NCBI GenBank assembly: GCA_021732145.1
Contig: JAKFVN010000005.1
Coordinates: 7,019 to 71,018, forward strand
Origin: Alphaproteobacteria bacterium
GTDB lineage: Bacteria; Pseudomonadota; Alphaproteobacteria; UBA9219; RGZA01
Reading direction: 5' to 3'
Length of the DNA: 64,000 bases
Position 1 is the stretch's first letter, and each line of letters opens with the position of its first letter. Below the pieces are notes generated by a model. That model ran no database searches and was not told where the DNA came from. It saw only the letters and a list, made by a program, of their open reading frames with translations. Positions 37,682 through 49,935 of the stretch are shown one piece after another. The translations under genes were made by a program, and so were the position numbers.

Positions 37682-40561
37682 TCAGGCAGATTGTGTGCGC
37701 TTTTTCTGCGCGGTTTCAGGCAAATAGGGCTTCAGGTATTTGCCGGTATAGCTGGCTTCACATGCCGCTACATCTTCGGGTGTGCCTTCGGCAACGATTT
37801 CACCGCCGCGATCACCGCCATCCGGGCCTAGATCAATAATCCAGTCGGCGGTTTTAATCACTTCCAGATTATGTTCGATGACCACAACTGTGTTGCCTTG
37901 GTCAACCAGCGTATGCAGCACTTCCAGTAAACGTTTCACGTCTTCGAAGTGCAGGCCCGTTGTGGGTTCATCCAAGATATAGAATGTTTTGCCCGTTGAA
38001 CGGCGTGATAATTCCTTGGCCAGCTTCACGCGTTGCGCTTCGCCGCCCGAAAGCGTCGTTGCGTTCTGGCCGATGGCCATATAGCTGAGGCCAACCTGGT
38101 TTAGCGTCGCAATCTTATCGCGGATGGACGGGATGCTTTCAAAGAACATCAGGCCTTCTTCCACATTCATGTTCAATACATCGCTGATGGATTTGTCTTT
38201 CCACGTCACTTGCAGCGTTTCGCGGTTATAGCGCTTGCCATTGCATTCATCACACGTCACATACACATCCGGCAGGAAGTGCATTTCGATTTTGATAACG
38301 CCGTCACCTTCGCAGGCTTCGCAGCGGCCGCCCTTTACGTTGAATGAAAAACGGCCGGGGCCATACCCGCGCGCCTTTGCTTCGGGCAGCCCCGCAAACC
38401 AATCGCGGATTGGCGCAAATGCGCCGGTATAGGTGGCGGGGTTCGAACGCGGCGTGCGGCCAATGGGCGATTGGTCGATATCAATCACCTTGTCAATCAG
38501 GCTGAGGCCTTTAATCGATTTGTGCGGGCCTGGAATATCCCGTGCATCGTTCAATTCCTGCGCAATACCACGGAAGAGTGTTTCAAGAATAAGCGTCGAT
38601 TTACCCGAACCCGACACGCCGGTAACACAGGTGAACGTACCCTGCGGAATTTTGGTGGAAACATTTTTCAGATTGTTGCCCGATGCGCCGGTGATTTCAA
38701 TGAATTCACCCTTGCGGCCCGCGCGGCGTTTTTCCGGCAATGGAATTTTGCGTTTGCCGGATAGATAAAGCGCGGTGAGGCTGTGCGGATTTTTAGTGAC
38801 TTCATCCGGTGTGCCTTGCGCAATTACCTTGCCGCCGTGAATACCTGCGCCCGGGCCGATATCCACCAAATGATCTGCGGCGCGAATGGCGTCTTCATCA
38901 TGTTCCACCACAATTACGGTGTTCCCCAGTTCACGAAGACGGCGTAGCGTTTCCAGCAAGCGGTCGTTATCGCGTTGATGGAGGCCGATACTGGGTTCAT
39001 CAAGCACATATAATACACCCGTAAGGCCCGAACCAATTTGCGATGCAAGCCGAATGCGCTGGCTTTCTCCGCCGGATAATGTGCCGGAATGGCGCGATAG
39101 CGATAGGTAATCAAGCCCCACATTCACAAGGAACCCAAGGCGTTCATTGATTTCCTTTAAAATACGCGCGGCGATTTCTTTTTCTTTTGGTTTTAATGCG
39201 GTGTGCAGATTTTTAAACCATGCGGCGGCGTTTAAAATGGAAAGGTCGCCAATCTCGGCAATATTTTTCTTGTCAATCTTTACTGCCAGCGCTTCAGCCT
39301 TCAACCGTTGACCGTGACACGCATCGCAAGGGCGCGTGTTCTGATACTTGCTCATATCCTCGCGCTTCCAGTTGCTTTCGGTTTCCTTAAAGCGGCGCTC
39401 CAGATTTGCCAGTACACCTTCAAACGGCTTGTTGACCTTTAAATACCCATTCGCGCTTTCCCATGTGTAGGGAAGCGGTTCATCACCCGTGCCGTTTAAA
39501 ATAATGTCCTTGGTTTTTTCAGGCAGCTTTTTCCACGGGTCGTTTATCTTCCCGCCGAATTTCTTACAAATCGCCTCCAGCACTGATGTATAATACGTCT
39601 TCCACGGTGCAATCGCGCCATCTGCCAAACTGATATTCTCATTCGGGATGACCAGTTTGGGGTCGAAAATCATTTTCTCGCCGAGGCCATCGCAATTCGG
39701 GCATGCGCCATGCGGGTTGTTGAAGGAGAATAAGCGCGGTTCGATTTCTTCAATCGTGAAGCCGCTGACGGGGCAGGCGAATTTCGCGGAGTACACATGG
39801 CGTTTGCCGCCATCTACTTCTTCCACGAACACCAAGCCTTCGCCCATCTTCAATGCGGTTTCGATGGAGTCAGCTACGCGATTCCCCCCATTTTTTTCTG
39901 GGCCATCTTTCTTCACCACCAAACGGTCAACGACGACTTCGATATCGTGTTTGAGTTTTTTATCCAGCTTTGGCAAATCATCGGCTTCGTAAAGTTTTCC
40001 ATCAATCTTGAAGCGCTGAAATCCTTTTTTATGAAGTTCGACCAGTTCCTTTTTATATTCACCCTTGCGGCCACGCACGATGGGCGCGAGGAGGAGTAGC
40101 TTCGTTCCTTCCTTCATCGCCGCGATGCGGTCAACCATTTGGCTCACCGTCTGGCTTTCAATCGGCAGGCCTGTTGCAGGTGAATAGGGAACGCCCACGC
40201 GTGCCCACAGCAAACGCATATAGTCGTAAATTTCGGTAACGGTACCAACAGTGGAACGCGGATTGCGCGATGTGGTTTTTTGTTCAATGGAGATGGCGGG
40301 CGATAGGCCTTCGATAGAGTCCACATCCGGCTTTTGCATCATTTCCAAAAACTGGCGCGCATAGGCCGAAAGGCTTTCCACGTAACGGCGCTGGCCTTCG
40401 GCATAAATGGTATCGAAGGCGAGGGAGGATTTGCCAGAACCAGACAAGCCCGTTATCACCACCAACTTGTTCTTTGGCAGTGATATATCAATGTTCTTCA
40501 GGTTATGTTCGCGCGCACCTTTAATAACAATTTGCGGTTCGCTGCTTTGCTTACTTGCCAT
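37682..40561 (-). CDS. uvrA: excinuclease ABC subunit A
   Basis: 959 aa with two ABC ATPase modules (GLSGSGKSS and GVSGSGKST), LSGGE signature motifs and zinc-finger cysteines. Confidence 0.95.
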   Translation of the reverse strand: MASKQSSEPQIVIKGAREHNLKNIDISLPKNKLVVITGLSGSGKSSLAFDTIYAEGQRRYVESLSAYARQFLEMMQKPDVDSIEGLSPAISIEQKTTSRNPRSTVGTVTEIYDYMRLLWARVGVPYSPATGLPIESQTVSQMVDRIAAMKEGTKLLLLAPIVRGRKGEYKKELVELHKKGFQRFKIDGKLYEADDLPKLDKKLKHDIEVVVDRLVVKKDGPEKNGGNRVADSIETALKMGEGLVFVEEVDGGKRHVYSAKFACPVSGFTIEEIEPRLFSFNNPHGACPNCDGLGEKMIFDPKLVIPNENISLADGAIAPWKTYYTSVLEAICKKFGGKINDPWKKLPEKTKDIILNGTGDEPLPYTWESANGYLKVNKPFEGVLANLERRFKETESNWKREDMSKYQNTRPCDACHGQRLKAEALAVKIDKKNIAEIGDLSILNAAAWFKNLHTALKPKEKEIAARILKEINERLGFLVNVGLDYLSLSRHSGTLSGGESQRIRLASQIGSGLTGVLYVLDEPSIGLHQRDNDRLLETLRRLRELGNTVIVVEHDEDAIRAADHLVDIGPGAGIHGGKVIAQGTPDEVTKNPHSLTALYLSGKRKIPLPEKRRAGRKGEFIEITGASGNNLKNVSTKIPQGTFTCVTGVSGSGKSTLILETLFRGIAQELNDARDIPGPHKSIKGLSLIDKVIDIDQSPIGRTPRSNPATYTGAFAPIRDWFAGLPEAKARGYGPGRFSFNVKGGRCEACEGDGVIKIEMHFLPDVYVTCDECNGKRYNRETLQVTWKDKSISDVLNMNVEEGLMFFESIPSIRDKIATLNQVGLSYMAIGQNATTLSGGEAQRVKLAKELSRRSTGKTFYILDEPTTGLHFEDVKRLLEVLHTLVDQGNTVVVIEHNLEVIKTADWIIDLGPDGGDRGGEIVAEGTPEDVAACEASYTGKYLKPYLPETAQKKRTQSA

Positions 40562-40683
40562 GACTTATCCACAGTTTATCGGTGAACACATCATATAACG
40601 TAGGCTTTGATAAAAACAAGAACTTGTCGTGAACAAAATTGTGCAATAAGGTCGGGGTCTCACATTTTAAAAATAGGTGCAAC

Positions 40684-41190
40684 ATGGCAGGCAGCGTTAA
40701 TAAAGTTATTTTAGTAGGTAATTTGGGCAAAGACCCTGAAGTTCGTTCATTCCAGAATGGCGGGCGCGTAGCCAATTTCTCCGTTGCGACGTCAGAGAAC
40801 TGGAAAGACAAGGCAACCGGTGAGAGAAAAGAAAAAACCGAGTGGCACAAGATTGAAATTTACAATGACCGCATCGTGGATGTTGCCGAAAAATACCTAA
40901 GAAAAGGCAGCAAGGTATACATTGAAGGCGCATTGGAAACCCGCAAATACACCGATAAGGAAGGCCAGGAACGCTACACAACCGCAGTTGTGATTAAGCA
41001 GTTCAGGGGCGAGCTGACCATGCTGGATGGCAAGAGCGGCGGCGGTTCGGGCGCAGGTGATTATTCCGTTGATGATGCATCAAATGACAGCGGTTCATCA
41101 TTCGCGCCAGCGCAAAAGCGCGTGGCATCAGGCGGCTCAATGTCCGGTGGGGGCGGCGCATCAGACCTCGATGATGAAATTCCGTTTTAG
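40684..41190 (+). CDS. ssb: single-stranded DNA-binding protein
   Basis: [21 protein letters not shown]... OB-fold region, a Gly/Ser-rich tail, and the acidic C-terminus DLDDEIPF. Confidence 0.9.
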   Translation: MAGSVNKVILVGNLGKDPEVRSFQNGGRVANFSVATSENWKDKATGERKEKTEWHKIEIYNDRIVDVAEKYLRKGSKVYIEGALETRKYTDKEGQERYTTAVVIKQFRGELTMLDGKSGGGSGAGDYSVDDASNDSGSSFAPAQKRVASGGSMSGGGGASDLDDEIPF

Positions 41191-41223
41191 ATTCTAATAA
41201 CGTCGTTAACAGAGGAGGGAAGC

Positions 41224-41517
41224 ATGAAGAACTTTGTATTTTTGCTTATTCTGCTAATGCCAATGGCTGCCTATGCTGATAGCTATTATAACGGTTATAT
41301 TAATAGGAATGGCAACTATGTGCAGCCGCACTATCAAACTGCACCTGACAACACCATGTTCAATAATTATTCAACCAAAGGAAATGTTAATCCTTATAAC
41401 GGTAATTTAGGAACAGTTAATCCATATCAGCCACACAATAACGGCTTAGGCACACATAACAGCTTTAATAATTCGCACAGCTTATATGGTTCGCATGGAG
41501 GTCGCCGTAGCAGGTAA
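41224..41517 (+). CDS. hypothetical secreted Asn/Tyr-rich small protein
   Basis: Signal peptide MKNFVFLLILLMPMAAYA followed by an N-, Y- and G-rich low-complexity sequence. Confidence 0.4.
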   Translation: MKNFVFLLILLMPMAAYADSYYNGYINRNGNYVQPHYQTAPDNTMFNNYSTKGNVNPYNGNLGTVNPYQPHNNGLGTHNSFNNSHSLYGSHGGRRSR

Positions 41518-41528
41518 CCTGTCTGTGC

Positions 41529-44500
41529 ATGTTCATCCATCTCCGCACCCATTCGGCCTATTCGCTTCTTGAAGGCGCGATAAAGGTCAAAGACGTTGTC
41601 AAACTGGCAAAGCATAACCACATGCCTGCCGTTGCGATTACCGATACCAACAATATGTTTGGGGCGCTGGAATTCGCACTGGAAGCGGTGGAAAACGGCA
41701 TTCAACCGATTATGGGTTGCCAGCTTCGCTTGCTCGATAAATCCATTAAAGGGTTTGATAAAATTGCCGATGCATCGTTATTGCTGCTCGCGCAAAATGA
41801 GAAGGGGTATAAAAACCTCACACAGCTGGTCAGCGCCGCGTATTTGGATGCACCCGAAGATGTATCGCCGCATATTACATTGGCGAAGCTGGAAAAATAC
41901 AATGAAGGTATCATCGTTTTAACGGGCGGCGTGAATGGCCCCGTTGGCCAGTTGATTTTGACAGGGCAGGCCGCCAGCGCGGATGAGCTTATCCAGCGTG
42001 TGAATAAAGCGTTCAAAGGGCGGCTATACATTGAGCTGCAACGCCACAAGGAAGGCGATATCGGCGATAAGGAAGAGCGTACCGAAGGGCACTTTTTAGA
42101 TTTAGCCTATAAATATAACGTGCCGATTGTTGCGACGAATGATGTGCAATTCGCGATTGAAGAAATGAATGAAGCGCATGATGCGTTGCTGTGCATTGCA
42201 TCCAAAGGTTATGTCAGCGATACCGACCGCGCACGCGTGACAACTAACCATTATTTCAAAACCGCGGAGGAGATGGAAAATCTGTTTGATGATTTGCCGG
42301 AAGCCATCGTGAACACTGGCATCATCGCGCAGCGTTGCGCCTTCTGGCCAAAGAAACACAAACCGATTTTGCCGCCGTTTAAAACCGCATCTGGCTTGGA
42401 TGAAGTGGGCGAATTAAAACGCCAAGCGGAAGAAGGTTTAAAGAAACGCTACGTCACCAACACCTATATTACTGACAAGAAGCTGTATGAAGACCGCCTG
42501 AATTTCGAACTCGGCGTGATTACCAATATGGGTTTCGCGGGTTACTTCCTGATTGTTGCGGATTTCATTCAATGGGCGAAGGCGAATAATATTCCGGTTG
42601 GCCCCGGCCGTGGTTCGGGTGTGGGCTCGCTGGTTGCGTGGGCGCTGACGATTACCGACCTTGACCCCATTCCATTTGGCTTGCTGTTCGAGCGTTTCCT
42701 CAACCCCGAACGCGTATCGATGCCCGATTTCGATATCGACTTTTGCCAGGAACGCCGCGACGAAGTGATTGGCTATGTGCAGCAGCGTTATGGTAATGAC
42801 CGCGTCGCGCAGATTATCACGTTTGGTAAGTTGCAAGCGCGCGCGGTGCTGCGCAATGTTGGCCGCGTATTGGGCATGCCGCTGGGTTACGTTGACAAAA
42901 TTTGCAAGCTTGTGCCGTTTAATCCCGCCAACCCTGTCACGCTGAAAGATGCGGTGAAGGTTGAGCCGCAATTGAAAGCGCTGCGCGATGAAGATGCCAG
43001 CGTGGCGCAGTTGATTGATATTGCGCTGAAACTCGAAGGGTTATATGCGCACGCATCAACCCACGCGGCGGGTCTGGTGATTGGCGACAGGCCATTGCAG
43101 GAATTAATCCCCATGTACCGCGATCCGCGCTCCCCATTGCCGGTCACGCAGTTTAATATGAAAACGGTTGAGCAGGCGGGGCTGGTGAAGTTCGACTTTT
43201 TGGGCTTGAAAACGCTGGACGTATTGCAGCTTGCGGAAAAGATGGCGAAGGCGCAGGGCGCCGTCATTGATATCGGCAATCTGCCGCTCGATGATGCCAA
43301 GACGTATGAGATGATTGCCAAGGGCGACACGCTGGGCATCTTCCAGCTTGAAAGCGCGGGCATGCGCGACACGTTGCGCCGCATGAAGCCCAACCGCTTT
43401 GAAGACATCATCGCGCTGGTGGCGCTGTACCGCCCCGGCCCGATGGATAATATTCCCAAATACATCAAGGTGAAGGCGGGCGAAGAACAGCCGGATTATT
43501 TGCATCCATTGCTGGAACCGGTTTTAAAAGAAACTTATGGCATTGCGATTTATCAGGAACAAGTCATGCAAATTGCGCAGGTGCTGGCGGGTTATACGCT
43601 GGGCGGCGCTGACTTGCTGCGCCGCGCGATGGGTAAAAAGATCAAGGAAGAAATGGCCGCGCAGCGCCAAAGCTTTGTTGAAGGCGCCGCGAAAAAAGGC
43701 GTGGACGGCGAGCAGGCATCGATGATTTTTGATCAGGTCGATAAGTTTGCAGGCTATGGCTTCAATAAATCCCACGCGGCTGCTTATGCGCTCATTGCCT
43801 ATCAAACCGCGTATATGAAGGCGAATTATCCGGTCGCGTTCTATGCGGCATCGATGACATTCGAAATGGGCGCAGTCGATAAATTGAATTTATTCCGTCA
43901 GGAATTAACGCGCAAATCCATTCCATTACTGCCGCCCGATGTGAACAAAAGCCATGATGTGTTCGCGATGGAAGATGTGGGTGAGGGTAAGCAGGGCATT
44001 CGTTATGCATTGGCCGCGATTAAGGGCGTGGGGAGTGCAGCGATGAAAGCGCTGGTCGCGGAGCGCGAAGCACAAGGAAAATTCAAAGACATGTTCGAAT
44101 TTGCATCACGGCTTGATAACCGCGTGATGAATAAACGCCAGATGGAAAACCTGATTAACGCCGGCGCGTTCGATGGCATGCACAAAAACCGCGCGCAGCT
44201 GATTGACCATGTTGAAATGTTCACGCGGCTTGCCAGCGCGGCATCGCAGGAACGTGAAAGCGGCCAGGTCAGCATGTTTGGCAATGCGCAGAACATCAGC
44301 AAGCCGCAAATGCAGGATGTGAAGCCGTGGGATGAGCTGGTAAAACTGCAAAACGAATTCTCCGCGCTGGGTTTCTTCCTTTCATCGCATCCACTCGATG
44401 CATACCGCCCGCTGTTAGATAGATTGGGCGCGATTAAAGCATCGGGCCTTGCGGGTGCAGCAGGTTCATCGGGTTCCACGCGGCGCAAGATTGCGGGCAT

Positions 44501-44960
44501 TGTGATTTCAAAGCAGGAACGCACGGCAAAATCGGGCAACCGTTTTGCGTTTGTGCAGCTTTCCGATAATTCCGGTATGTTTGAAGCAACATTATTCTCC
44601 GAAACACTTTCTGTTCACCGTGATAGTCTGGTGGCAGGAACACCGTTGCTGCTGAGCGTGGATGTGCAGGGCAAGCCCGATGAATACCGTTTGACGGTGC
44701 AGGGTTTGGAAAAACTGGAGATGGTCGCGGCGCGCGAAAGCCAAGGGCTTGCGCTGGTGCTCGGCATGGATAGGGCGGTTGGGCCATTACAGGCAATCGC
44801 AGCCAAGCTGCCCAAGGGCAAAAGCCGTATCCAGATTAAAATCGACATTGATGGGGAAGAGGAGGCGGAGATTGAACTGGCGGGCCGCTATACCATTGCG
44901 CCGGAAATGCGCAGTGAAATCAAATCGCTGAACGGAATTCTTGAGGTGCAGGATTTATAG
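41529..44960 (+). CDS. dnaE: DNA polymerase III alpha subunit
   Basis: 1143 aa beginning MFIHLRTHSAYSLLEGA (PHP domain), with the motifs GPGRGSG and FDFLGL. Confidence 0.95.
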   Translation: MFIHLRTHSAYSLLEGAIKVKDVVKLAKHNHMPAVAITDTNNMFGALEFALEAVENGIQPIMGCQLRLLDKSIKGFDKIADASLLLLAQNEKGYKNLTQLVSAAYLDAPEDVSPHITLAKLEKYNEGIIVLTGGVNGPVGQLILTGQAASADELIQRVNKAFKGRLYIELQRHKEGDIGDKEERTEGHFLDLAYKYNVPIVATNDVQFAIEEMNEAHDALLCIASKGYVSDTDRARVTTNHYFKTAEEMENLFDDLPEAIVNTGIIAQRCAFWPKKHKPILPPFKTASGLDEVGELKRQAEEGLKKRYVTNTYITDKKLYEDRLNFELGVITNMGFAGYFLIVADFIQWAKANNIPVGPGRGSGVGSLVAWALTITDLDPIPFGLLFERFLNPERVSMPDFDIDFCQERRDEVIGYVQQRYGNDRVAQIITFGKLQARAVLRNVGRVLGMPLGYVDKICKLVPFNPANPVTLKDAVKVEPQLKALRDEDASVAQLIDIALKLEGLYAHASTHAAGLVIGDRPLQELIPMYRDPRSPLPVTQFNMKTVEQAGLVKFDFLGLKTLDVLQLAEKMAKAQGAVIDIGNLPLDDAKTYEMIAKGDTLGIFQLESAGMRDTLRRMKPNRFEDIIALVALYRPGPMDNIPKYIKVKAGEEQPDYLHPLLEPVLKETYGIAIYQEQVMQIAQVLAGYTLGGADLLRRAMGKKIKEEMAAQRQSFVEGAAKKGVDGEQASMIFDQVDKFAGYGFNKSHAAAYALIAYQTAYMKANYPVAFYAASMTFEMGAVDKLNLFRQELTRKSIPLLPPDVNKSHDVFAMEDVGEGKQGIRYALAAIKGVGSAAMKALVAEREAQGKFKDMFEFASRLDNRVMNKRQMENLINAGAFDGMHKNRAQLIDHVEMFTRLASAASQERESGQVSMFGNAQNISKPQMQDVKPWDELVKLQNEFSALGFFLSSHPLDAYRPLLDRLGAIKASGLAGAAGSSGSTRRKIAGIVISKQERTAKSGNRFAFVQLSDNSGMFEATLFSETLSVHRDSLVAGTPLLLSVDVQGKPDEYRLTVQGLEKLEMVAARESQGLALVLGMDRAVGPLQAIAAKLPKGKSRIQIKIDIDGEEEAEIELAGRYTIAPEMRSEIKSLNGILEVQDL

Positions 44961-45230
44961 GTTCTGCCCAAATCTTCTGGGTTATGTACAATTATTAATG
45001 AACCAAATATCTGCTTGCAATCGGGGCGGAACATCCCTAGAACATCGCTCACAACTTCATTAAGAAGTTTAACTTTAAATCACACGTAAACATATCACAG
45101 GCAAGTTTAGGCCTATGGGTGGACAAAAAAACTACCCTGCTGCCGTCCGGTGTTAGAAAACTCTTTTTCATTAAAGAGGGCTAATCACAACAGACTTGCC
45201 GACGTATTAACCGGAGAAAGGGAACACCAT

Positions 45231-46010
45231 ATGGCAATGCCATCATTCAGCATGCGTCAGCTCATGGAAGCAGGCGTACATTTCGGACATAACACGCGCC
45301 GTTGGAATCCGAAGATGTCTTCGTATCTTTTCGGCGTTCGTAATAACGTGCACATCATCGATTTGGAACAAACCGTTCCATTGCTTTACCGTGGCCTGAA
45401 CGCCATTCGCGATGTGGTATCGCAAGGCGGCCGCGTTCTTTTCGTTGGCACCAAGCACCAGGCCCAGGAAAAAATCGCAGCTTCTGCCCGTCAATGCGGC
45501 CAGTACTTCGTCAACAGCCGCTGGCTGGGCGGCATGCTCACCAACTGGAAGACCATTTCATACTCCATTAAGCGCCTGCGCGATTTGGAAACCGAAATCG
45601 TTGAGCAAGCTGCAAAGCTGACCAAGAAAGAACTTTTGGAAAAGACCCGTGAACGCAACAAGCTGGAACAGGCTTTGGGCGGCATTAAAGACATGGGCGG
45701 CTTGCCAGATATCATCTTCATCATCGATACCAACAAGGAAGATATCGCGGTGAAGGAAGCGCAAAAGCTTGGCATCCCCGTGGTTGCCGTTCTTGACAGC
45801 AACTCCGATCCATCGGGCATTGCATACCCCGTTCCAGGTAACGATGACGCGCTGCGCGCCATTGAATTCTACTGCGATGTGGTTGCGCAATCCGTTCTTG
45901 ATGGCCTGCAAAAAGAAATGGTTGCCAGCGGTATTGATTTGGGCGCGGCAGAAAAGCCAGCTGAAATCCTGCTGCCAACCGGCGTAGCAAACGACACCAA
46001 GACTGCTTAA
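45231..46010 (+). CDS. rpsB: 30S ribosomal protein S2
   Basis: [20 protein letters not shown]... is the S2 N-terminus. A ribosome-binding site GGAGAAAG lies upstream. Confidence 0.93.
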   Translation: MAMPSFSMRQLMEAGVHFGHNTRRWNPKMSSYLFGVRNNVHIIDLEQTVPLLYRGLNAIRDVVSQGGRVLFVGTKHQAQEKIAASARQCGQYFVNSRWLGGMLTNWKTISYSIKRLRDLETEIVEQAAKLTKKELLEKTRERNKLEQALGGIKDMGGLPDIIFIIDTNKEDIAVKEAQKLGIPVVAVLDSNSDPSGIAYPVPGNDDALRAIEFYCDVVAQSVLDGLQKEMVASGIDLGAAEKPAEILLPTGVANDTKTA

Positions 46011-46043
46011 GACTTAACGACCTACCATATATAAGAGGAACTC

Positions 46044-46967
46044 ATGGCGGAAATTTCTGCAAATGCGGTAAAGGAACTGCGCGAAAAAACGGGCGCAGGC
46101 ATGATGGATTGCAAGAAGGCTTTGACTGAAAGCTCTGGCGACATGGAAGCAGCGGTTGATTGGCTGCGCAAAAAGGGCCTTTCCGCAGCTGCCAAGAAAG
46201 CTGGCCGTGTTGCGGCAGAAGGCCTCGTTGCAGTTGTTGCTTCCGGCACCAAGGGCACCGCGGTGGAAGTGAATGCGGAAACCGACTTCGTTGGCCGCAA
46301 TGAAGGCTTCCAATCCTATGTTCGCACGGTTGCTGATGTTGCGCACACCACCACAACCGACATTGAAAAGCTGAAGACCCAAGCATACCCCGGCACAGGC
46401 CGCGACGTGTTTGGCGAAATCACCAACCTGATTGCAACCGTGGGTGAAAACATGAACCTTCGCCGTGCCACGCAAGTCAGCGTGAAGGAAGGCATTGTTG
46501 CCAGCTATATGCACAACGCAATCGCCCCCGGCATTGGTAAGATTGGCGTGCTCGTTGCGCTGGAATCCAAGGCGGATGTGAGCAAGCTGCAAGCATTGGG
46601 CAAGCAAATTGCCATGCACATTGCGGCGGCGCGTCCTGAATTCCTCGATGCAAGCAGCGTGGATGCCAAGGCATTGGAACGTGAACGCGCGATTTTCACC
46701 GAACAAGCGCAAGCCGCAGGCAAGCCAGCCGAAATCATCGCCAAGATGGTCGATGGCCGCATCAAGAAGTACTACGAAGAAGTATGCCTGCTTGAGCAGA
46801 CCTTTGTCGTGGACGGCGAAACCAAGATTAAGGCTGTTGTTGAAAAAGCAGCCAAAGACCTTGGTACACCCGTGCAATTGACCGCTTTTGTTCGTTATCA
46901 CCTTGGTGAAGGAATCGAGAAAGAACAGACGGACTTTGCCGCTGAAGTTGCTAAGATGGCTAGCTAG
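46044..46967 (+). CDS. tsf: elongation factor Ts
   Basis: [27 protein letters not shown] is the canonical EF-Ts N-terminus. Confidence 0.95.
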   Translation: MAEISANAVKELREKTGAGMMDCKKALTESSGDMEAAVDWLRKKGLSAAAKKAGRVAAEGLVAVVASGTKGTAVEVNAETDFVGRNEGFQSYVRTVADVAHTTTTDIEKLKTQAYPGTGRDVFGEITNLIATVGENMNLRRATQVSVKEGIVASYMHNAIAPGIGKIGVLVALESKADVSKLQALGKQIAMHIAAARPEFLDASSVDAKALERERAIFTEQAQAAGKPAEIIAKMVDGRIKKYYEEVCLLEQTFVVDGETKIKAVVEKAAKDLGTPVQLTAFVRYHLGEGIEKEQTDFAAEVAKMAS

Positions 46968-47024
46968 TACGTCGCTGCTTTCTGGCGTTGGTTTTTTTCA
47001 GGTGGTTTGGATGGGGAGAAATAC

Positions 47025-47810
47025 ATGGCTGATAATCTCGCACGTAAAAATGTTAAGGATGATGCCATGAATTCTTCTGGGAATACTTCCATCAAGCCCG
47101 CAAAATACCAGCGCATTCTTCTCAAGCTTTCCGGTGAAGCCTTGATGGGCGAGCGCGATTACGGCCTTGACCAAACGGTGCTTGACCGCGTTGCCGAGGA
47201 AATCAAGGACGTTGTATCCAAGGGCATTCAGGTATGCGTGGTAATTGGCGGCGGAAATATTTTCCGCGGCGTATCCGGCGCAGCCAGCGGCATGGAGCGC
47301 GCCACCGCCGATTACATGGGTATGCTTGCCACGATGATGAATGCGCTGGCGATGCAAAATGCCTTGGAAAAAGTTTCCGTTCAAACCCGCGTGCAATCCG
47401 CCATTCCGATGGCGGCTGTGTGCGAACCCTATATTCGCCGTCGCGCCATCCGCCACATGGAAAAAGGCCGCGTGGTGATTTTCGCAGCCGGTACCGGCAA
47501 CCCGTTCTTTACAACCGACACAGCCGCCGCGCTTCGTGCATCCGAAATGGGCTGCGATGCGCTGATTAAAGCAACCAAGGTGGATGGTGTTTATTCCGCC
47601 GACCCACGCAAGGATAAGAACGCGACCCGCTTTGAACGCCTGACATATCTGGATGTTCTGACCAAGGATCTGGAAGTGATGGATGCATCCGCCATTTCAT
47701 TGGCACGGCAAAGCCGCATTCCGATTATCGTATTCTCCATCTTCTCGCATGGCGAACTTGCCGAAGTTGTTCAAGGCAAGGGACGCTTCACCATCATTAC
47801 CGAAAACTAG
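47025..47810 (+). CDS. pyrH: UMP kinase
   Basis: [14 protein letters not shown]...[11 protein letters not shown] motifs. I chose the ATG at 47025, which has a ribosome-binding site. Confidence 0.92.
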   Translation: MADNLARKNVKDDAMNSSGNTSIKPAKYQRILLKLSGEALMGERDYGLDQTVLDRVAEEIKDVVSKGIQVCVVIGGGNIFRGVSGAASGMERATADYMGMLATMMNALAMQNALEKVSVQTRVQSAIPMAAVCEPYIRRRAIRHMEKGRVVIFAAGTGNPFFTTDTAAALRASEMGCDALIKATKVDGVYSADPRKDKNATRFERLTYLDVLTKDLEVMDASAISLARQSRIPIIVFSIFSHGELAEVVQGKGRFTIITEN

Positions 47811-47821
47811 GAAGACACATC

Positions 47822-48373
47822 ATGGCTATTCTCGATGATTTGAAGCACCGCATGGACGGTTCGCTCGACAGCTTTAAAAAAGAACTCGCTGGCCTGCGCA
47901 CCGGCCGCGCCAATGTCGGCATGCTGGAACCGGTGATGGTGGAAGCGTATGGCAACATGATGCCGCTCAATCAGGTTGCAACCATCAGCGTTGCCGAACC
48001 GCGTTTGCTGACCGTGCAGGTGTGGGATAAGGGCATGGGCAAGAATGTTGAAAAAGCCATTCGTGACGCTGGGCTGGGCTTGAACCCGCAAGGCGACGGC
48101 CAACTTATCCGCGTGCCGGTGCCTGATTTAACGCAGGAACGCCGCACTGAACTTTCCAAAGTTGCCGGCAAATACGCCGAAGCCGCGCGCGTCGCCGTGC
48201 GCAACGTGCGCCGTGATGGCATGGATGATTTGAAGAAGCAGGAAAAAGAAAAGAAGATTGGCGAGGACGAGCACAAGTCGCTGTCTGAAAAAATCCAGAA
48301 GCTGACCGATGAAGTCATCAAGAAAATTGATGAAGCATTGGCGCACAAAGAAAAAGACATCATGGTTGTTTAA
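47822..48373 (+). CDS. frr: ribosome recycling factor
   Basis: 183 aa showing the Frr pattern ([14 protein letters not shown]...). Confidence 0.93.
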   Translation: MAILDDLKHRMDGSLDSFKKELAGLRTGRANVGMLEPVMVEAYGNMMPLNQVATISVAEPRLLTVQVWDKGMGKNVEKAIRDAGLGLNPQGDGQLIRVPVPDLTQERRTELSKVAGKYAEAARVAVRNVRRDGMDDLKKQEKEKKIGEDEHKSLSEKIQKLTDEVIKKIDEALAHKEKDIMVV

Positions 48374-48394
48374 GCGACAATTGGGGCTAGACGC

Positions 48395-49117
48395 ATGAGC
48401 ACTCCTCCCGCGATCACAACGCCTCGGCATGTCGCGATTATCATGGATGGCAATGGCCGCTGGGCTGCTGCGCGCCATGTGCCGCGCGTGATGGGGCACA
48501 AGGCCGGCATTGATGCGGTGCGCCGCGCCCTGCAATCGGCGGCGGATGCGGGCATTCCTTATTTAACCTTATATGGTTTCTCATCGGAAAACTGGAAACG
48601 CCCCAGCGATGAAGTGCAGGATTTGATGGGGTTGCTGCGCCTTTATCTGCAAGGCGAACTCGCGCAGCTTCATAAAGAACAGGTTCGCCTGCGCATTATT
48701 GGTGACCGCAGCCGGTTTGACGCGGACATTATCGGCCTGATTGAAAAAGCTGAGGAGCTGACCGCCAAGAACACGCGGCTGAATTTAACCGTGGCGCTCA
48801 GCTATGGCGGACGGCAGGAAATGGTGCGCGCGGTGCAGATGCTGGCCGAAAAAGCCGCCGCAGGCGTGATTGCACCCGAAGCGATTGATGAAGCGGCGGT
48901 ATCGTCGCAGCTTTATACGCAGGATATTCCAGATCCTGATTTAATCATCCGCACATCGGGTGAAAAGCGCATCAGCAATTTTTTGCTGTGGCAATCGGCA
49001 TATGCGGAATTTGTCTTCCTTGATACGCTATGGCCGGATTTCACCGCCGAAGACATGAACCGCGCCCTGGATGAATTCAACAAGCGCGAGCGCCGCTACG
49101 GTGCGCGTGCATCATGA
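48395..49117 (+). CDS. uppS: undecaprenyl diphosphate synthase
   Basis: HVAIIMDGNGRWA and the C-terminal DLIIRTSGEKRISNFLLWQSAY motif. Confidence 0.93.
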   Translation: MSTPPAITTPRHVAIIMDGNGRWAAARHVPRVMGHKAGIDAVRRALQSAADAGIPYLTLYGFSSENWKRPSDEVQDLMGLLRLYLQGELAQLHKEQVRLRIIGDRSRFDADIIGLIEKAEELTAKNTRLNLTVALSYGGRQEMVRAVQMLAEKAAAGVIAPEAIDEAAVSSQLYTQDIPDPDLIIRTSGEKRISNFLLWQSAYAEFVFLDTLWPDFTAEDMNRALDEFNKRERRYGARAS

Positions 49118-49935
49118 GTTTGTTTCGTGTTTCGAAGAATTTGCTGATCCGCATTGCAAGCGCATTGGTGCTTGCGCCATCGTTCTTGGCGTTGCTTGCG
49201 CTGAACGGGTTGCCGTTTCAAAGCCTGATGCTGCTGGGCTGCCTGTTCGCCGGCTATGAATGGCTCGCGATGCTGAACCCGCAACAACAAAAACGCGTAT
49301 GGGTAAGCGTGCTGTTTTCGCTTGCGCTGACATGGGGGATTGCGTTGCAGGCCGATACCACGACAGCATTCATTTTGTGCCTGTCGCTCAGCCTGGTTTT
49401 GATGGTTGGCTTCTGGCTCGGCAAGGTTCAAAAGCCCGTATTGTTATCGATGGGTGTTTCGTATCTCGGCTCCGCGATGCTTGGCTTGCTTGATCTTCGG
49501 AATGTCGGGGGCTTTAGTCTGGCGGCGACGGTGGTGGTGGTTGTGTGGTTCACCGATATTGGTGCGTTTTTTTCGGGCAAGATGCTGCGCGGGGCAAAGC
49601 TTGCTCCCGATATCAGCCCAAGCAAGACATGGACGGGGTTCATGGGCGGGCTGATTTGCGCGGCTGCTATCGCATATGCCTGCGCATGGCTGTTTTCTGC
49701 AAAAAACCCCCTGATTGCGCTGTACGCGGGGCTTGGCTTGTCATTGGCCGCCCATTGTGGTGACCTGTTCGAATCCTGGGTAAAACGCCAGGCCGGCGTT
49801 AAGGATAGCGGCGTGATTTTCCCGGGACATGGCGGTATGCTCGACCGTGTCGATGGATTAATAATGGCCGTTCTGCTATCTTCGGTCGCCCTGTGGGCCA
49901 GTGGATTTGATTTGTCCTGGTGGGATGTACAATAG
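49114..49935 (+). CDS. cdsA: phosphatidate cytidylyltransferase
   Basis: Multi-transmembrane protein carrying the CTP-transferase signature SWVKRQAGVKDSGVIFPGHGGMLDRVD. Confidence 0.9.
   Translation: MSLFRVSKNLLIRIASALVLAPSFLALLALNGLPFQSLMLLGCLFAGYEWLAMLNPQQQKRVWVSVLFSLALTWGIALQADTTTAFILCLSLSLVLMVGFWLGKVQKPVLLSMGVSYLGSAMLGLLDLRNVGGFSLAATVVVVVWFTDIGAFFSGKMLRGAKLAPDISPSKTWTGFMGGLICAAAIAYACAWLFSAKNPLIALYAGLGLSLAAHCGDLFESWVKRQAGVKDSGVIFPGHGGMLDRVDGLIMAVLLSSVALWASGFDLSWWDVQ

Noticed and set aside
46014-46901. 295-aa minus-strand ORF opposite tsf, and similar antisense ORFs opposite rseP (51204-51866), rfbB (62865-63791), dnaE and uvrA
   Set aside because: They are opposite unambiguous, highly conserved genes and are typical GC-rich antisense artefacts.
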